The notes: generated from the letters alone by a model not told the origin. DNA of 64,000 nt from an uncultured Chromatiaceae bacterium (GCA_947085765.1 CAMTXZ010000075.1:7810-71809); one strand, 5' to 3'. Counted from the stretch's first letter, positions 1 through 10,370 are shown. Numbers and translations are program-made.

Positions 1-212
1 TTGAGTGCCAGCTCCTGCTGGCAGTAGTGGTGGCGCAGCGCCAAAGTGGAAAAGTCGAGAAAACCGAAGTTGACAGGTTTTTTGATCTTATAGGCATAGT
101 CACCGGTCAGCACGATCCAGGAGATGTGTGTCTCTATTACCTCGAAGCTCGATACAGGATGGTTGTAGATTTCTGGATTTTGCAGCGCCTGAATGAGGGG
201 GGTGGTGGCCAT
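1..212 (-). CDS. Partial CDS (N-terminus only; gene runs off the window start). Conserved protein resembling the COG2187-type bifunctional aminoglycoside phosphotransferase/ATP-binding (putative kinase) family
   Basis: Reverse-complement translation from ATG at 212-210 gives MATTPLIQALQNPEIYNHPVSSFEVIETHISWIVLTGDYAYKIKKPVNFGFLDFSTLALRHHYCQQELALN. The ETHISW..TGDYAYKIKKPV motif is recalled from that family. It is not in the ORF track because it lacks a stop inside the window. Confidence 0.45.
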   Translation of the reverse strand, partial: MATTPLIQALQNPEIYNHPVSSFEVIETHISWIVLTGDYAYKIKKPVNFGFLDFSTLALRHHYCQQELAL

Positions 213-338
213 GATCTTTTCCGGTTTGTCATCGTGTTGTCAGTATGGCTATATACTGCGCGTTTATCAGGCTAAAACACCTGAATTTTATAGCTTTATC
301 TGGCACTATAGCCGGAGCTGAACGATTAGGTAGATGCT

Positions 339-845
339 GTGTCCGTATACTCACTGGAAAAACTGATTGCTGAAACCCGGCGCATCGCCCGGGAGTATCG
401 CAACGCCACCGGCAAACCGCTGGGCGGCGTGAGTGGTGAGATTGCGCAGTTTGATGCCTGCAAAGAGTTGGGGTTGGAATCGGTGCCGGTCGGAACCGAG
501 GGTGGTTACGATGCCGTGGGCCGGGGTAAACGCGACGGCAAAAAGGTACAGATCAAGGCGCGCACGATCTTTGATGAGGGTAAACAGGGGCAGCGTATCG
601 GTCAGCTCAAGTTAGAGCAGGAGTGGGATAGTGTGGTGCTGGTACTGCTGGATGAGAACTTCGAACCCTTTGAGATGTACGAGGCTGAGCGTGCCGAACT
701 GACCGCGGCCCAGCACGAGAACGAGAGTAAACGTAGTAAACGTGGCGCTATGTCCGTCGCCAAATTCAAAGCCATCAGCCAGCTGGTCTGGACCCGCGAG
801 CGCGGTGAAGAGGATGAGGTCTGGGATAACCAGTCCGGCGTCTGA
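339..845 (+). CDS. Hypothetical protein (168 aa, GTG start), divergent from the partial gene at 1-212; possible PD-(D/E)xK-like fold, function unknown
   Basis: Intact ORF with plausible spacing to the next gene. No family recognised with confidence. Confidence 0.45.
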   Translation: MSVYSLEKLIAETRRIAREYRNATGKPLGGVSGEIAQFDACKELGLESVPVGTEGGYDAVGRGKRDGKKVQIKARTIFDEGKQGQRIGQLKLEQEWDSVVLVLLDENFEPFEMYEAERAELTAAQHENESKRSKRGAMSVAKFKAISQLVWTRERGEEDEVWDNQSGV

Positions 846-871
846 TTCACCTCTAATTCTGAACTCATTTA

Positions 872-2818
872 ATGCCATTTATTGAAGCAGCTGAAGTATT
901 GGGGCTTGACGGCCCGATGGCCCGTTGTATCGACGGCTTTTTGCCACGTCTGCAGCAGCAGGAGATGGCGCGGGCGGTAGAGGCGGCGATTAAAAATAAC
1001 CAGGCACTGATCTGTGAAGCGGGCACCGGCACCGGCAAGACCTTTGCCTATCTGGTGCCAGCGCTGCTGTCGGGACAGAAGGTGGTGATCTCCACCGGCA
1101 CCAAAAATCTCCAGGATCAGCTCTATCAGAAGGATCTGCCGCTGGTGCGCAAGGCACTCCAGGTGCCGGTGACCACGGCGCTGCTCAAAGGGCGCAGCAA
1201 CTACCTCTGCCTCTATCGCCTGCGTATCACCACTGCCGAGGGGCGTCTCGCCTCGCGGGAGATGATCCACCAGTTGCAGCAGGTGGGGGAGTGGGCCGGG
1301 CTGACCGAATCAGGCGACATCACCGAGTTTATGGAGATCGGCGAGGATTCGATGTTGTGGCCGATGGTGACCTCGACCATCGACAACTGCCTTGGCTCCG
1401 AGTGCCCGGACTTTGGTGAGTGCCATGTGATGAAGGCGCGGCGCGAGGCGACAAACGCCGATGTGGTGGTAATCAATCACCACCTGCTGCTGGCGGACAT
1501 GGTGCTGCGCGAAGATGGCTTCGGTGAGCTGCTGCCAACGGCTAACGCCTACATTATCGATGAGGCCCATCAACTGCCCGAGATCGCCGGTAACTTTTTT
1601 GGTACTCACCTCAGCAGTCGCCAACTCAGCGAGCTGGCCAAAGATAGCACCAAGGAGTACTACAGCTGCGCAGTGGATAGCCCGGTGCTGTTAAAGGTGG
1701 CGGACCGGCTTGAGTACGTGGTGCGTGATCTGCGTCTGGCGCTCGGTGATAGCAGCCAGCGTACTCCGTGGCAGACGTTGTGCAAGGAACCGAAGGTGGT
1801 CGAACAGCTGGGTAACCTGGCGCAGGTGCTGGATGACCTGCACGAATCGCTCAAGTTGCTGGCGTCACGCAGCAAGGGGCTAGAGAACTGCCTGGAACGT
1901 TGTGAGGCTCTGCGTGCTCACCTAAAACTTTTCAGCCACGCCGGAGATGATGAAAACGTCTATTGGGTCGACATCTACAGCCGTACCTTTGTGCTCTGCT
2001 GTACACCGCTCAATGTTGCCGAACCGTTTCAGAAACGGATGCAACACCATAAAGCGGCATGGATCTTTACCTCCGCGACGCTGGCGGTGAATGGCCGTTT
2101 TGACCACTACACCCGCCAGCTAGGATTGGAGATGGCGGCGACTGCGTTGTGGGATAGCCCGTTTGACTATCGCCGCAATGCACTGCTCTATGTGCCGGAG
2201 GCGATGCCAGAACCTAATAGCTACGGTTATACCGAGGCGGTGATCGAAGCGGCGCTGCCGGTATTGCAGGCCTCGCGGGGCCGCGCCTTTCTGCTCTTTA
2301 CCAGCCATCGGGCCTTGAAACAGGCAGCGGAGTTGTTGGCGGATAAGGTTGAGTTTCCGCTGCTGGTGCAGGGTAGCTACCCACGTAATGAACTGTTGCG
2401 CCGCTTCCGTGAACTGGGCAATGCAATTTTGCTCGGTACCGGCAGCTTTTGGGAGGGCGTCGATGTGCGCGGTGAGGCGCTCTCCTGTGTGATTATCGAC
2501 AAACTGCCGTTTGCCTCTCCAGATGACCCGGTGATGCAGGCCCGTGCCGACGTGCTGCGCAGCCAGGGTGGTAATCCATTTATGGAGCAGCAGGTGCCAC
2601 AGGCAGTGATCACACTTAAGCAGGGTGTGGGGCGTCTGATTCGTGATGTGAATGATCGTGGTGTGATGATGCTCTGTGATCCACGTTTGATCAGCAAACC
2701 CTACGGCAAGGTTTTTCTCGACAGTCTGCCACCCATGTATCGCACCCGTAAAGTTGAACGGGTAAAACGTTTTTTTGAGCTGGAACAAGCAGATCCCGTT
2801 GCCACTCCACCTGCCTGA
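872..2818 (+). CDS. yoaA: ATP-dependent DNA helicase, DinG family (YoaA-like), Fe-S cluster helicase
   Basis: 648 aa. Walker A motif AGTGTGKT. Fe-S cysteine cluster CLGSECPDFGECHVM. Length and motifs match E. coli YoaA/DinG. Confidence 0.9.
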   Translation: MPFIEAAEVLGLDGPMARCIDGFLPRLQQQEMARAVEAAIKNNQALICEAGTGTGKTFAYLVPALLSGQKVVISTGTKNLQDQLYQKDLPLVRKALQVPVTTALLKGRSNYLCLYRLRITTAEGRLASREMIHQLQQVGEWAGLTESGDITEFMEIGEDSMLWPMVTSTIDNCLGSECPDFGECHVMKARREATNADVVVINHHLLLADMVLREDGFGELLPTANAYIIDEAHQLPEIAGNFFGTHLSSRQLSELAKDSTKEYYSCAVDSPVLLKVADRLEYVVRDLRLALGDSSQRTPWQTLCKEPKVVEQLGNLAQVLDDLHESLKLLASRSKGLENCLERCEALRAHLKLFSHAGDDENVYWVDIYSRTFVLCCTPLNVAEPFQKRMQHHKAAWIFTSATLAVNGRFDHYTRQLGLEMAATALWDSPFDYRRNALLYVPEAMPEPNSYGYTEAVIEAALPVLQASRGRAFLLFTSHRALKQAAELLADKVEFPLLVQGSYPRNELLRRFRELGNAILLGTGSFWEGVDVRGEALSCVIIDKLPFASPDDPVMQARADVLRSQGGNPFMEQQVPQAVITLKQGVGRLIRDVNDRGVMMLCDPRLISKPYGKVFLDSLPPMYRTRKVERVKRFFELEQADPVATPPA

Positions 2819-2944
2819 ATCGTTGTAACAGTTGTTTGCCTTTCAGTGCCATCGCCCCCTCTCAAGTCCGTCTCACCACAGGCCGTTAGCCTTATGCAGT
2901 CGTAGTACTTTGTAATTTCTCGGGGCAGCACAAGGAGCGCAGCC

Positions 2945-3127
2945 ATGACAAATATAATGGGTATGATTATCGAGGCAGTAGTAGTGTCATTCTGTATGGG
3001 AGGCGCGTTGGGCGCAGTGGTGACCATGCATTTCCAGCACAAGCGTAACAAGGTCGAGAGCAGTGAGTTTGCCGACCATTCGTTAACGCCGGTCGAAGTA
3101 AGGTTTAATACTCGCCGTTTTAAATGA
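2945..3127 (+). CDS. Small putative membrane protein (60 aa, one predicted TM helix)
   Basis: Strong Shine-Dalgarno AAGGAG 8 nt upstream of the ATG. Hydrophobic segment IIEAVVVSFCMGGALGAVV. Followed by a terminator hairpin. Confidence 0.35.
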   Translation: MTNIMGMIIEAVVVSFCMGGALGAVVTMHFQHKRNKVESSEFADHSLTPVEVRFNTRRFK

Positions 3128-3143
3128 CCAAGTCTCTGTTGTA

Positions 3144-3184
3144 GCAGGCTGCTAGTTGTTCAGGCAGCCTGCTGATCTTCTTTT
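3144..3184 (+). terminator. Rho-independent terminator (9-bp GC stem gcaggctgc/gcagcctgc, then T-rich tail)
   Basis: Inverted repeat read directly, followed by tcttctttt. Confidence 0.5.
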
Positions 3185-3258
3185 ACCTGCATCACCCTTT
3201 ATCGCTTACCCCTTTCCCTCTATTATAGGGACCCCGCCCAAACGACTGGAAAACATCA

Positions 3259-3933
3259 TTGAATATTCTTGCCATTGAGACCTCAACCGAGGCCTGCTCC
3301 GCAGCGCTGCTGATTAATGGCGAAATCGAGGAGCGTTTTGAATTGGCTCCACGTGGTCATGGTGATCTGATTTTGCAGATGGTCGATGATCTGCTCGCTG
3401 ATGCCGCACTCAAACCGCAACAACTTACCGCCATCGCCTTTGGTCGTGGCCCTGGTGCATTTACCGGTGTTCGCATCGCCACCAGCGTGGTGCAGGGCAT
3501 CGCTCTGGGCGTGGATCTGCCGGTAGTGCCGGTCTCGACGCTGGCGGCGCTGGCCCAAGGCGCCTATCGTCACCATCAACAGCGCAAACTCCTGTGTGCG
3601 ATGGATGCACGTATGGGGGAGATTTACTGGGGTGCGTATGCAATTGAGGCGGGAGTGGCGCTGGCGCAGGCCGATGAGTGTGTCTGCCCGGCCGCAGCGG
3701 CACCTGCCGTGAGCGGGGGTGAATGGCAGGGGGTGGGCACAGGCTGGCAGGTCTATGGTGATGCCCTGGTGCAGCGTTATGGTGCGCTGGCATCTGTGTG
3801 TGATGCGGCTGCATTGCCCCATGCCCGGGATGTGGCGCTGCTGGCAGAGCATGGCTACCGCAACGGCAGGGCGGTGAGTGCCGAGCAGGCGTTGCCGGTC
3901 TATCTGCGCGATAACGTGGTCAGCCGTGGTTGA
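3259..3933 (+). CDS. tsaB: tRNA threonylcarbamoyladenosine biosynthesis protein TsaB (YeaZ)
   Basis: N-terminus MNILAIETSTEACSAALL and the GRGPGAFTGVRIA motif are typical of TsaB/YeaZ. 224 aa. Confidence 0.9.
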   Translation: MNILAIETSTEACSAALLINGEIEERFELAPRGHGDLILQMVDDLLADAALKPQQLTAIAFGRGPGAFTGVRIATSVVQGIALGVDLPVVPVSTLAALAQGAYRHHQQRKLLCAMDARMGEIYWGAYAIEAGVALAQADECVCPAAAAPAVSGGEWQGVGTGWQVYGDALVQRYGALASVCDAAALPHARDVALLAEHGYRNGRAVSAEQALPVYLRDNVVSRG

Positions 3934-3950
3934 GATGGTTATAAACAGAG

Positions 3951-4748
3951 ATGAAAAATAACAACGGCTGTATCAATATCGTTCAACTCTCTGACCCACA
4001 TCTGTTTGCGGATGAGCAGGGCAGTATGTATGGACTCAACACCCTGCAAAGCCTGCGGGCGGTGGTGGCCGAGGTGGCGCAACAGTCGTTTGATCTGGCT
4101 GTTGTCACCGGCGACTTGAGTCAGGATCTGCAACCAGCCGCCTATCAGCATCTGCGTCAAGCGTTGCAGGGGTTGGATATGCCGCTGCATCTGATGCCCG
4201 GCAATCACGATGACTGGTCGTTGATGATGACGGAGTTTCAGCAAGGCAACATCTCCTGCATCAAACAGGTGGTAATTGGACAGTGGCAGATTATCCTGCT
4301 CAATACTCAGGTGGTCGGTGAGGTAGGTGGATATCTGAGTGACGATGAGTTGAATTGGTTAGAGCAGACATTGGCTGACGCGGCGGCACCCAACGCCGTG
4401 GTCTGTATTCATCACCACCCGGTTGACATGGGGTGCCGCTGGCTCGACCAGATTGGTCTGCATAACTCTGACAAGTTGTTTGAGGTGCTGGCATCCCATG
4501 CGCAGGTGAAGGCGCTGTTGTGGGGCCACGTGCATCAGGAGTTTGATGAGAGCCGGGCCGGACTGCGGCTGCTCTCATGCCCCTCTACCTGCATCCAGTT
4601 CAAACCGGGCAGTGATAAATTTGACCTTGATCAGCGGGCGCCAGGGTATCGCTGGTTAAAACTTTATGATGATGGTTCACTCGATACCGGCGTCAAACGG
4701 ATCGACAAAATCCCCGGCCAGATTGACGCCAGCCAGAAAGGGTATTGA
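3951..4748 (+). CDS. cpdA: 3',5'-cyclic-AMP phosphodiesterase CpdA (class III metallophosphoesterase)
   Basis: Metallophosphoesterase motifs DPHL, GDL, GNHD, HHHP and GHVH. Strong similarity along the length to E. coli CpdA as recalled. Confidence 0.9.
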   Translation: MKNNNGCINIVQLSDPHLFADEQGSMYGLNTLQSLRAVVAEVAQQSFDLAVVTGDLSQDLQPAAYQHLRQALQGLDMPLHLMPGNHDDWSLMMTEFQQGNISCIKQVVIGQWQIILLNTQVVGEVGGYLSDDELNWLEQTLADAAAPNAVVCIHHHPVDMGCRWLDQIGLHNSDKLFEVLASHAQVKALLWGHVHQEFDESRAGLRLLSCPSTCIQFKPGSDKFDLDQRAPGYRWLKLYDDGSLDTGVKRIDKIPGQIDASQKGY

Positions 4749-4760
4749 TCCCTGAAACAG

Positions 4761-4794
4761 AAAAGGCCCGCTGAGCGCGCGGGCCTTTTCTGTT
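4761..4794. terminator. Bidirectional rho-independent terminator between convergent cpdA and phoU
   Basis: aaaaGGCCCGCtgagcGCGGGCCtttt: GC stem flanked by an A-tract and a T-tract. Confidence 0.7.
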
Positions 4795-4810
4795 TAGTAC
4801 AGCTACACAG

Positions 4811-5524
4811 TTATTTGTGCAGCTCTTCCTCCATCTGTTCAACGCTGATGTGTCTGACATTTTTACCCTTAACTAGGTAGATGATGTATTCACACATGTT
4901 TTTGGCGTGGTCGCCGGTGCGCTCCAGCGCCCGGGCGGCCCAGATCACATTGAGTACCCGTTTGATGGTGCGTGGATCTTCCATCATAAAGGTCATGTTC
5001 TGGCGCATGATCGCTTCATACTCATGGTCAACCTGCAGGTCCATCTTTGCGACGGCGATGGCGGCATCGACATCCATGCGCACAAAGGCATCAAGGGCAC
5101 CGTGAATCATCTTCTGCACATGGCTGCCAAGTGACTGGATCTCGATGTAACTGTTGCGGGGGCGTTCCATTTCGGCCAACTCTTTTGCCATCCGGGCCAC
5201 TTTTTTGGCCTGGTCACCCATGCGTTCCAGGTCGGTAATGGTCTTGATAACGGCAATCACCAGCCGCAGGTCACCGGCGGTGGGTTGGCGGCGGGCGAGG
5301 ATATGGGTGCACTCCTCATCGATCTCAACCTCCATGGCGTTGACCTTGTAATCACCGGTGATGACATCCTCTGCCAGATCGATATTGCCCTCTGTCAGCG
5401 CCGTAACCGCATTCATGGTCTGCTGTTCAACCAGCCCACCCAAGGCAAATACATGGTTGCGCAGGTGTTCCAGTTCAGAATCAAACTGCTGTGATATGTG
5501 ATGTTTATCCATGGCTCTCTCCAA
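4811..5524 (-). CDS. phoU: Phosphate signaling complex protein PhoU
   Basis: 237 aa with two PhoU repeats, directly downstream of pstB. Confidence 0.92.
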   Translation of the reverse strand: MERAMDKHHISQQFDSELEHLRNHVFALGGLVEQQTMNAVTALTEGNIDLAEDVITGDYKVNAMEVEIDEECTHILARRQPTAGDLRLVIAVIKTITDLERMGDQAKKVARMAKELAEMERPRNSYIEIQSLGSHVQKMIHGALDAFVRMDVDAAIAVAKMDLQVDHEYEAIMRQNMTFMMEDPRTIKRVLNVIWAARALERTGDHAKNMCEYIIYLVKGKNVRHISVEQMEEELHK

Positions 5525-5541
5525 TATAGGCGTTGTGCGGT

Positions 5542-6378
5542 TTAACCATAACGACCGGTAATGTAATCCTCGGTCTGTTTTTTGCCAGGATTAGTAAACA
5601 GGGTGTCTGTGCTAGCCAGTTCGATCAGCTCGCCCATGTACATAAAGGCGGTGAAGTCGGAGACTCGTGCCGCTTGCTGCATGTTGTGAGTGACGATGAT
5701 GATGGTATAGGTCGATTTCAGTTCGTAAATCAGCTCTTCGATCTTCAGGGTTGAGATTGGATCCAGCGCCGAGGCTGGCTCATCAAGCAGCAGTACCTCG
5801 GGTTCAATCGCGATGGCGCGGGCGATCACCAGGCGTTGTTGCTGGCCGCCGGAGAGGCCAAAGGCGCTGTCGTGCAGCCGGTCCTTCACTTCATCCCAGA
5901 GTGCCGCCCGTTTGAGTGAGTTCTCGACCGCCTCATCCAGTACCCGGCGCTCTTTCACCCCCTGAATTCGCAGGCCATAGGCGACGTTTTCATAGATCGA
6001 CTTGGGGAAGGGGTTGGGCTTCTGGAACACCATGCCAACCCGGCGGCGCAGGGCGGAGACGTCAACGGTCCGGGCGTAGATGTCGTCGCCGTCGAGCAGA
6101 ATCTGCCCTTCGATACGGACATCATCCACCAGGTCGTTCATGCGGTTGAAGCAGCGCAGCAGGGTTGATTTGCCGCAGCCGCTCGGACCGATAAAGGCGG
6201 TGACACGCTGTTTTGGGATCGGCATGTTGATCCCCTTTAGCGCCTCTTTATCGCCGTAGAAGAGCCTGAGGTCTTTTACTACGATGGTGTTTTCGGTCAG
6301 CACACTGTTTTGGGCCGCACGCTCGCCGGTGATGGCGCCAAGGTCAATGCCGTGTGTCATGGTTGCAGATTTCATCAC
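5542..6378 (-). CDS. pstB: Phosphate ABC transporter ATP-binding protein PstB
   Basis: Walker [13 protein letters not shown] signature LSGGQQQR, Walker B LLLDEP. 278 aa. Confidence 0.95.
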   Translation of the reverse strand: MMKSATMTHGIDLGAITGERAAQNSVLTENTIVVKDLRLFYGDKEALKGINMPIPKQRVTAFIGPSGCGKSTLLRCFNRMNDLVDDVRIEGQILLDGDDIYARTVDVSALRRRVGMVFQKPNPFPKSIYENVAYGLRIQGVKERRVLDEAVENSLKRAALWDEVKDRLHDSAFGLSGGQQQRLVIARAIAIEPEVLLLDEPASALDPISTLKIEELIYELKSTYTIIIVTHNMQQAARVSDFTAFMYMGELIELASTDTLFTNPGKKQTEDYITGRYG

Positions 6379-6403
6379 TTAAGTTTCCGTCTCTTGAATT
6401 TGG

Positions 6404-8068
6404 TTACTGTTCTAGCGCTTTGTATTTTTCACGCAAGCGGTTACGGATGGTAATGGCCGCCAGAGTGAGCACAACAATTACAATGACCAGCAGTAGCGCG
6501 GTTGCATAGACCAGTGGCCGGGCTGCCTCGATATTGGGGCTCTGAAAGCCAACATCGTAGATATGAAAGCCTAAGTGCATGAATTTACGATCCAGATGAA
6601 CAAAGGGGAAGTTGCCATCCAGCGGCAGCGATGGCGCCAACTTGACCACCCCTACGAGCATCAGTGGCGCCACTTCGCCCGCAGCCCGTGCAATCGCCAG
6701 GATCATCCCGGTCATGATGGCCGGGCTGGCCATGGGGATGATGGTGCGCCACAGGGTTTCGGCCTTGGTGGCGCCGAGCGCCAGGCTCCCTTCACGGATG
6801 GAGCGCGGGATGCGTGATAGTCCCTCTTCGGTGGCGACAATGACTACGGGCATCGTCAGCAACGCCAGTGTGAGGGAGGCCCATAGCAGCCCTGGTGTAC
6901 CAAAAACAGGCGCCGGTGAGGACTCGGGAAAAAACAGGCTGTCGATGGAGCCGCCGAGAAAGTAGACAAAAAAGCCCAGTCCAAATACACCATAAACAAT
7001 GGCCGGCACCCCGGCAAGATTGTTGACGGCGATGCGGATGGTGCGGGTGATAAACCCTTGCTTGGCATATTCACGCAGGTAGATGGCGGCGATCACACCA
7101 AACGGAGTCGCCAGCATCGACATGATGATGACCATAATGACGGTGCCAAAGATGGCAGGGAAGATGCCCCCCTCGGTATTGGCCTCCCGCGGATCCTCTG
7201 ACAGGAACTCCCAGACCTTCTCGAAGTAGAAGAGTGTCTTGGCAAAGAGGGAGAGTTTGTTAGGTTGGTAGGCGCGGACTATCTTGGCCAGCGGCAGATC
7301 AACCACCTGACCGGTAGATACCTTTACCGTGACAGTGGCTCGGTTGATCTCGTGATAGAGGCCCTGCAATTTGCTTTGCAGCCCCTCATACTCCTGCTGC
7401 AGCACCTCTGTTTCGAGTGTGATCTCAGAGAGGTTTTCCGGTGAGTCTTTGCCGTTCAGTTCCAGTTTACGCTTTGTCAGCCGCAGCTGTTCCATCGAAT
7501 AGTTGATAGAACCAATGTCGCTCTTTTCGATCTGGCGAATGGTTTTGAAGAGCGTCAGGGTTGTCTCGATCTGTTCTTGCAGGGCGTTCCATGCCGTTGC
7601 ACCTTCGCCCTCGGCGACCACAGCGCCATCTATTTTTAGCTGTAGCAGATCGCCGTGCAGATTGCCCCACTCAAGGCGTTCAAAGACAATAATGTCCTTG
7701 GGGGTGGTGGTGCCACTGATCAGCGGTTCGATGATCCAGCGGAAATCGCTGCCACCAATATCGCGGTTGCCCACTTTAATCAGGTAACGGCTGATGCGGT
7801 CACTGCTGCTCTCCAGCGCGACGCCGCTGTCGTGGATGCGTTCCAGCGATACCTCTTCTTTTTCGCGCAGTTCACCTACCACCTGGACGATTTCGCCGCC
7901 CTTGTAAGGGTCCTGGTACTGATAGGCGTGAATATCAGAGGGCCAGAAGTGGACCATGCCCCGGGCGATGATCAGACCGAGCAGGCCGATCACCGCAAGC
8001 AGGCAGATGGAGACAGCGCCGGCCGTGAGCCAGATCCAGGGTTTACCGCTTTTTATCCAGTTTTTCAT
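6404..8068 (-). CDS. pstA: Phosphate ABC transporter permease PstA, long form (554 aa)
   Basis: C-terminal ABC permease core with an N-terminal extension, as in Pseudomonas and Vibrio long-form PstA. Position in the pst operon. Confidence 0.9.
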   Translation of the reverse strand: MKNWIKSGKPWIWLTAGAVSICLLAVIGLLGLIIARGMVHFWPSDIHAYQYQDPYKGGEIVQVVGELREKEEVSLERIHDSGVALESSSDRISRYLIKVGNRDIGGSDFRWIIEPLISGTTTPKDIIVFERLEWGNLHGDLLQLKIDGAVVAEGEGATAWNALQEQIETTLTLFKTIRQIEKSDIGSINYSMEQLRLTKRKLELNGKDSPENLSEITLETEVLQQEYEGLQSKLQGLYHEINRATVTVKVSTGQVVDLPLAKIVRAYQPNKLSLFAKTLFYFEKVWEFLSEDPREANTEGGIFPAIFGTVIMVIIMSMLATPFGVIAAIYLREYAKQGFITRTIRIAVNNLAGVPAIVYGVFGLGFFVYFLGGSIDSLFFPESSPAPVFGTPGLLWASLTLALLTMPVVIVATEEGLSRIPRSIREGSLALGATKAETLWRTIIPMASPAIMTGMILAIARAAGEVAPLMLVGVVKLAPSLPLDGNFPFVHLDRKFMHLGFHIYDVGFQSPNIEAARPLVYATALLLVIVIVVLTLAAITIRNRLREKYKALEQ

Positions 8069-10323
8069 TAGAGTGAGCTGTATTTTTTCCGGAGTCGCTG
8101 ACGTACAACTTCAGCGATGGTGTTAAAAAAGAAGGTGAAGATAAACAGTACCAACGCCGCCAGAAACAGGATTCGGTAGTGGGTGCCGTTGACTTCGGAT
8201 TCAGGCATCTCCACCGCGATATTGGCCGAAAGGGTGCGCAACCCCTGGAAGATGCTGAAGTCCATGACCGGGGTATTGCCGGTAGCCATGAGCACAATCA
8301 TCGTCTCGCCGACTGCCCGGCCAAAGCCGATCATTACCGCCGAGAAGATGGCGGGACTGGCGGTCAGCAATACCACCCGTGTCAGGGTTTGCCAGGGGGT
8401 GGCGCCCAGCGCCAGTGAGCCGATGGTCAGATGTTTGGGCACGCCAAAGATGGCATCTTCAGTGATGGTAAAGATGGGCGGAATGATGGCAAACCCCATC
8501 GCGATACCCACAACCATGGCGTTACGCTGGTCAAAGTTAATGCCCATTTCGTGTGTCATCCAGATACGCATGTCGCCGCCAAAGGCCCATATTTCGATGG
8601 GATGGCTCAGGGTAAAGGCGAGCCAGACGGTAAAGATGATCACCGGGATTAACAGGGCAGCGGTCCAGCCGTCAGGGACACGGGTATGGATGTGTCTGGG
8701 CAGCATGTGCCAGAGGTAACTGCTGGTCAGGATGGCCAGTGGTAACAGCAAGACCAGGCTGAAGACGGCAGGCAGGTAGTACTCGATCAATGGCGCCAGC
8801 CACAGTCCGGCGAGGAAGCCGAGGATGACCGTTGGCAGCGCCTCCATTATTTCAATGGTGGGTTTGATGGTGGAACGCATCTTGGGTGTCATGAAATAGG
8901 CGGTATAGATAGCACCAAAAATTGCCAGCGGGATGGCGACCATCATGGCGTAAAAAGCGGCCTTGATAGTGCCAAAGGCGACCGGAACCAGGCTGAATTT
9001 GGATTCGAAGTCGTTGCTGGCCGAGGAGGATTGCCAGACGTAATCCGGCTTATCGTAACTTTCGTACCAGACCTTGCCCCAGATGGATGACCATGAGACT
9101 TCGGGGTGTTCATTATGCAGGTGCAGGAAGTGGGTCTTGCCTTCAGCATCTTCGATCAGTGCGGCATCGGCGCGCGGCGCGATGGCGACACGGCTGGCGC
9201 TGCTACTGAGCTGGTGTTTCAGTACGGTGCGCCCTGATGTGGTGTGAAAGACCTCCAGTTCGCCGTTCTCATCAATGGCGATAAAACCTTTGCGGAAGTA
9301 CTCAGGGGTGAGGGTGGCTAAGCCGTTGGGCATCTCAAACTGACGGATTTTGGTCAGGTGATGGTCGTTATTTTCATCCCGCACCTCAAACCATTGACTG
9401 ATTGTGCCGCTGCTATCGCCCACCAAAATGGAGATGTCACCCGCGAGAAACTCCAGCCTGACAATCCGGTTGCCACTATTGACGGCGGTGACCTGCTCTT
9501 CCAGTATCGGCGCACTGTAGTCGGATATGTCGAAGCGGGCGATGGTTCCAGCGGTGGTGGCGGCGTAGACGACACGTTGCTCCTTGTCGAGTAGCAGGTG
9601 GGAGATTTTGCTGGGGGCATTTTCCAGGGCAACGGTATTGGTCTCGATAGTGGTCTCATCATCCATCATCGAGGTCTCGATGGTGAGTGTGGTCAATAAC
9701 AGACGGCTATCGTTGGTCAGAGAGACCACTGTTGCCTGCTCCTCGTTGCTTTGTACGGCAAGTTTGGCGAGTGGGCGGCCGCTGCTGTCGATCTGGATCG
9801 GCGCTTCACCCAGTGGATAGCTAATGCGTGGCGTGATGGTGCGGACATTGTCAGGATAGCCGACGTCATACTCATGTTTGAGTACCTTGGCACTGCCGTC
9901 AGAGAGGCCAAAAGCAACAATCCTACTGGCGCCAGTGCCGGCGGCAAAGCTGGTGACGGTGACACTCTGGGGCAGATTCAGTGGCAGCCGGGAAATAATC
10001 TTGCCATCATGGGTATAAAAGAAGGTGGTCTGACCGTTGCTCTCAAAACGGACACCAACCTCGGCCTGCTCCTCCATTGCTAAATAGAGTGTGCTGGCGC
10101 CGCCATCATGTGGCAGCGTGTAATCGGCGCCCGTTTCAATTTTGCCGGGCATGAACAGCGGGACCACTACGTAGAGTAGATAGGCAAAGATCAGGGTGAT
10201 AGCGATGATGACACCGATACCACCAATGCCAATCAGATGCTTGGCAAGTTTGTCTTTGAAACGGCGGCGGGCACGATGGCGGATGCTGCTCGGGTGATTG
10301 ATGGGGGGAAGAAGTGCGGCCAT
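8068..10323 (-). CDS. pstC: Phosphate ABC transporter permease PstC, long form (751 aa)
   Basis: C-terminal permease domain with a large N-terminal periplasmic extension. ATGA start/stop overlap with pstA. Confidence 0.9.
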   Translation of the reverse strand: MAALLPPINHPSSIRHRARRRFKDKLAKHLIGIGGIGVIIAITLIFAYLLYVVVPLFMPGKIETGADYTLPHDGGASTLYLAMEEQAEVGVRFESNGQTTFFYTHDGKIISRLPLNLPQSVTVTSFAAGTGASRIVAFGLSDGSAKVLKHEYDVGYPDNVRTITPRISYPLGEAPIQIDSSGRPLAKLAVQSNEEQATVVSLTNDSRLLLTTLTIETSMMDDETTIETNTVALENAPSKISHLLLDKEQRVVYAATTAGTIARFDISDYSAPILEEQVTAVNSGNRIVRLEFLAGDISILVGDSSGTISQWFEVRDENNDHHLTKIRQFEMPNGLATLTPEYFRKGFIAIDENGELEVFHTTSGRTVLKHQLSSSASRVAIAPRADAALIEDAEGKTHFLHLHNEHPEVSWSSIWGKVWYESYDKPDYVWQSSSASNDFESKFSLVPVAFGTIKAAFYAMMVAIPLAIFGAIYTAYFMTPKMRSTIKPTIEIMEALPTVILGFLAGLWLAPLIEYYLPAVFSLVLLLPLAILTSSYLWHMLPRHIHTRVPDGWTAALLIPVIIFTVWLAFTLSHPIEIWAFGGDMRIWMTHEMGINFDQRNAMVVGIAMGFAIIPPIFTITEDAIFGVPKHLTIGSLALGATPWQTLTRVVLLTASPAIFSAVMIGFGRAVGETMIVLMATGNTPVMDFSIFQGLRTLSANIAVEMPESEVNGTHYRILFLAALVLFIFTFFFNTIAEVVRQRLRKKYSSL

Positions 10324-10370
10324 TGACTTAAGGGTCCTTCAGTTATGCCGGGCAATCATACGTGCGCAAT

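Noticed and set aside
27-275. 82-aa plus-strand ORF at the window start
   Set aside because: It lies antisense to the N-terminus of a recognisable conserved minus-strand gene (212-1). It has no SD and an odd composition, so it is most likely spurious
8183-8719. 178-aa ORF and several others antisense within pstC, pstA, the RND pump and the adaptor genes
   Set aside because: They overlap well-supported conserved genes on the opposite strand, and Ala/Arg/Pro-rich translations are characteristic of GC-rich antisense frames
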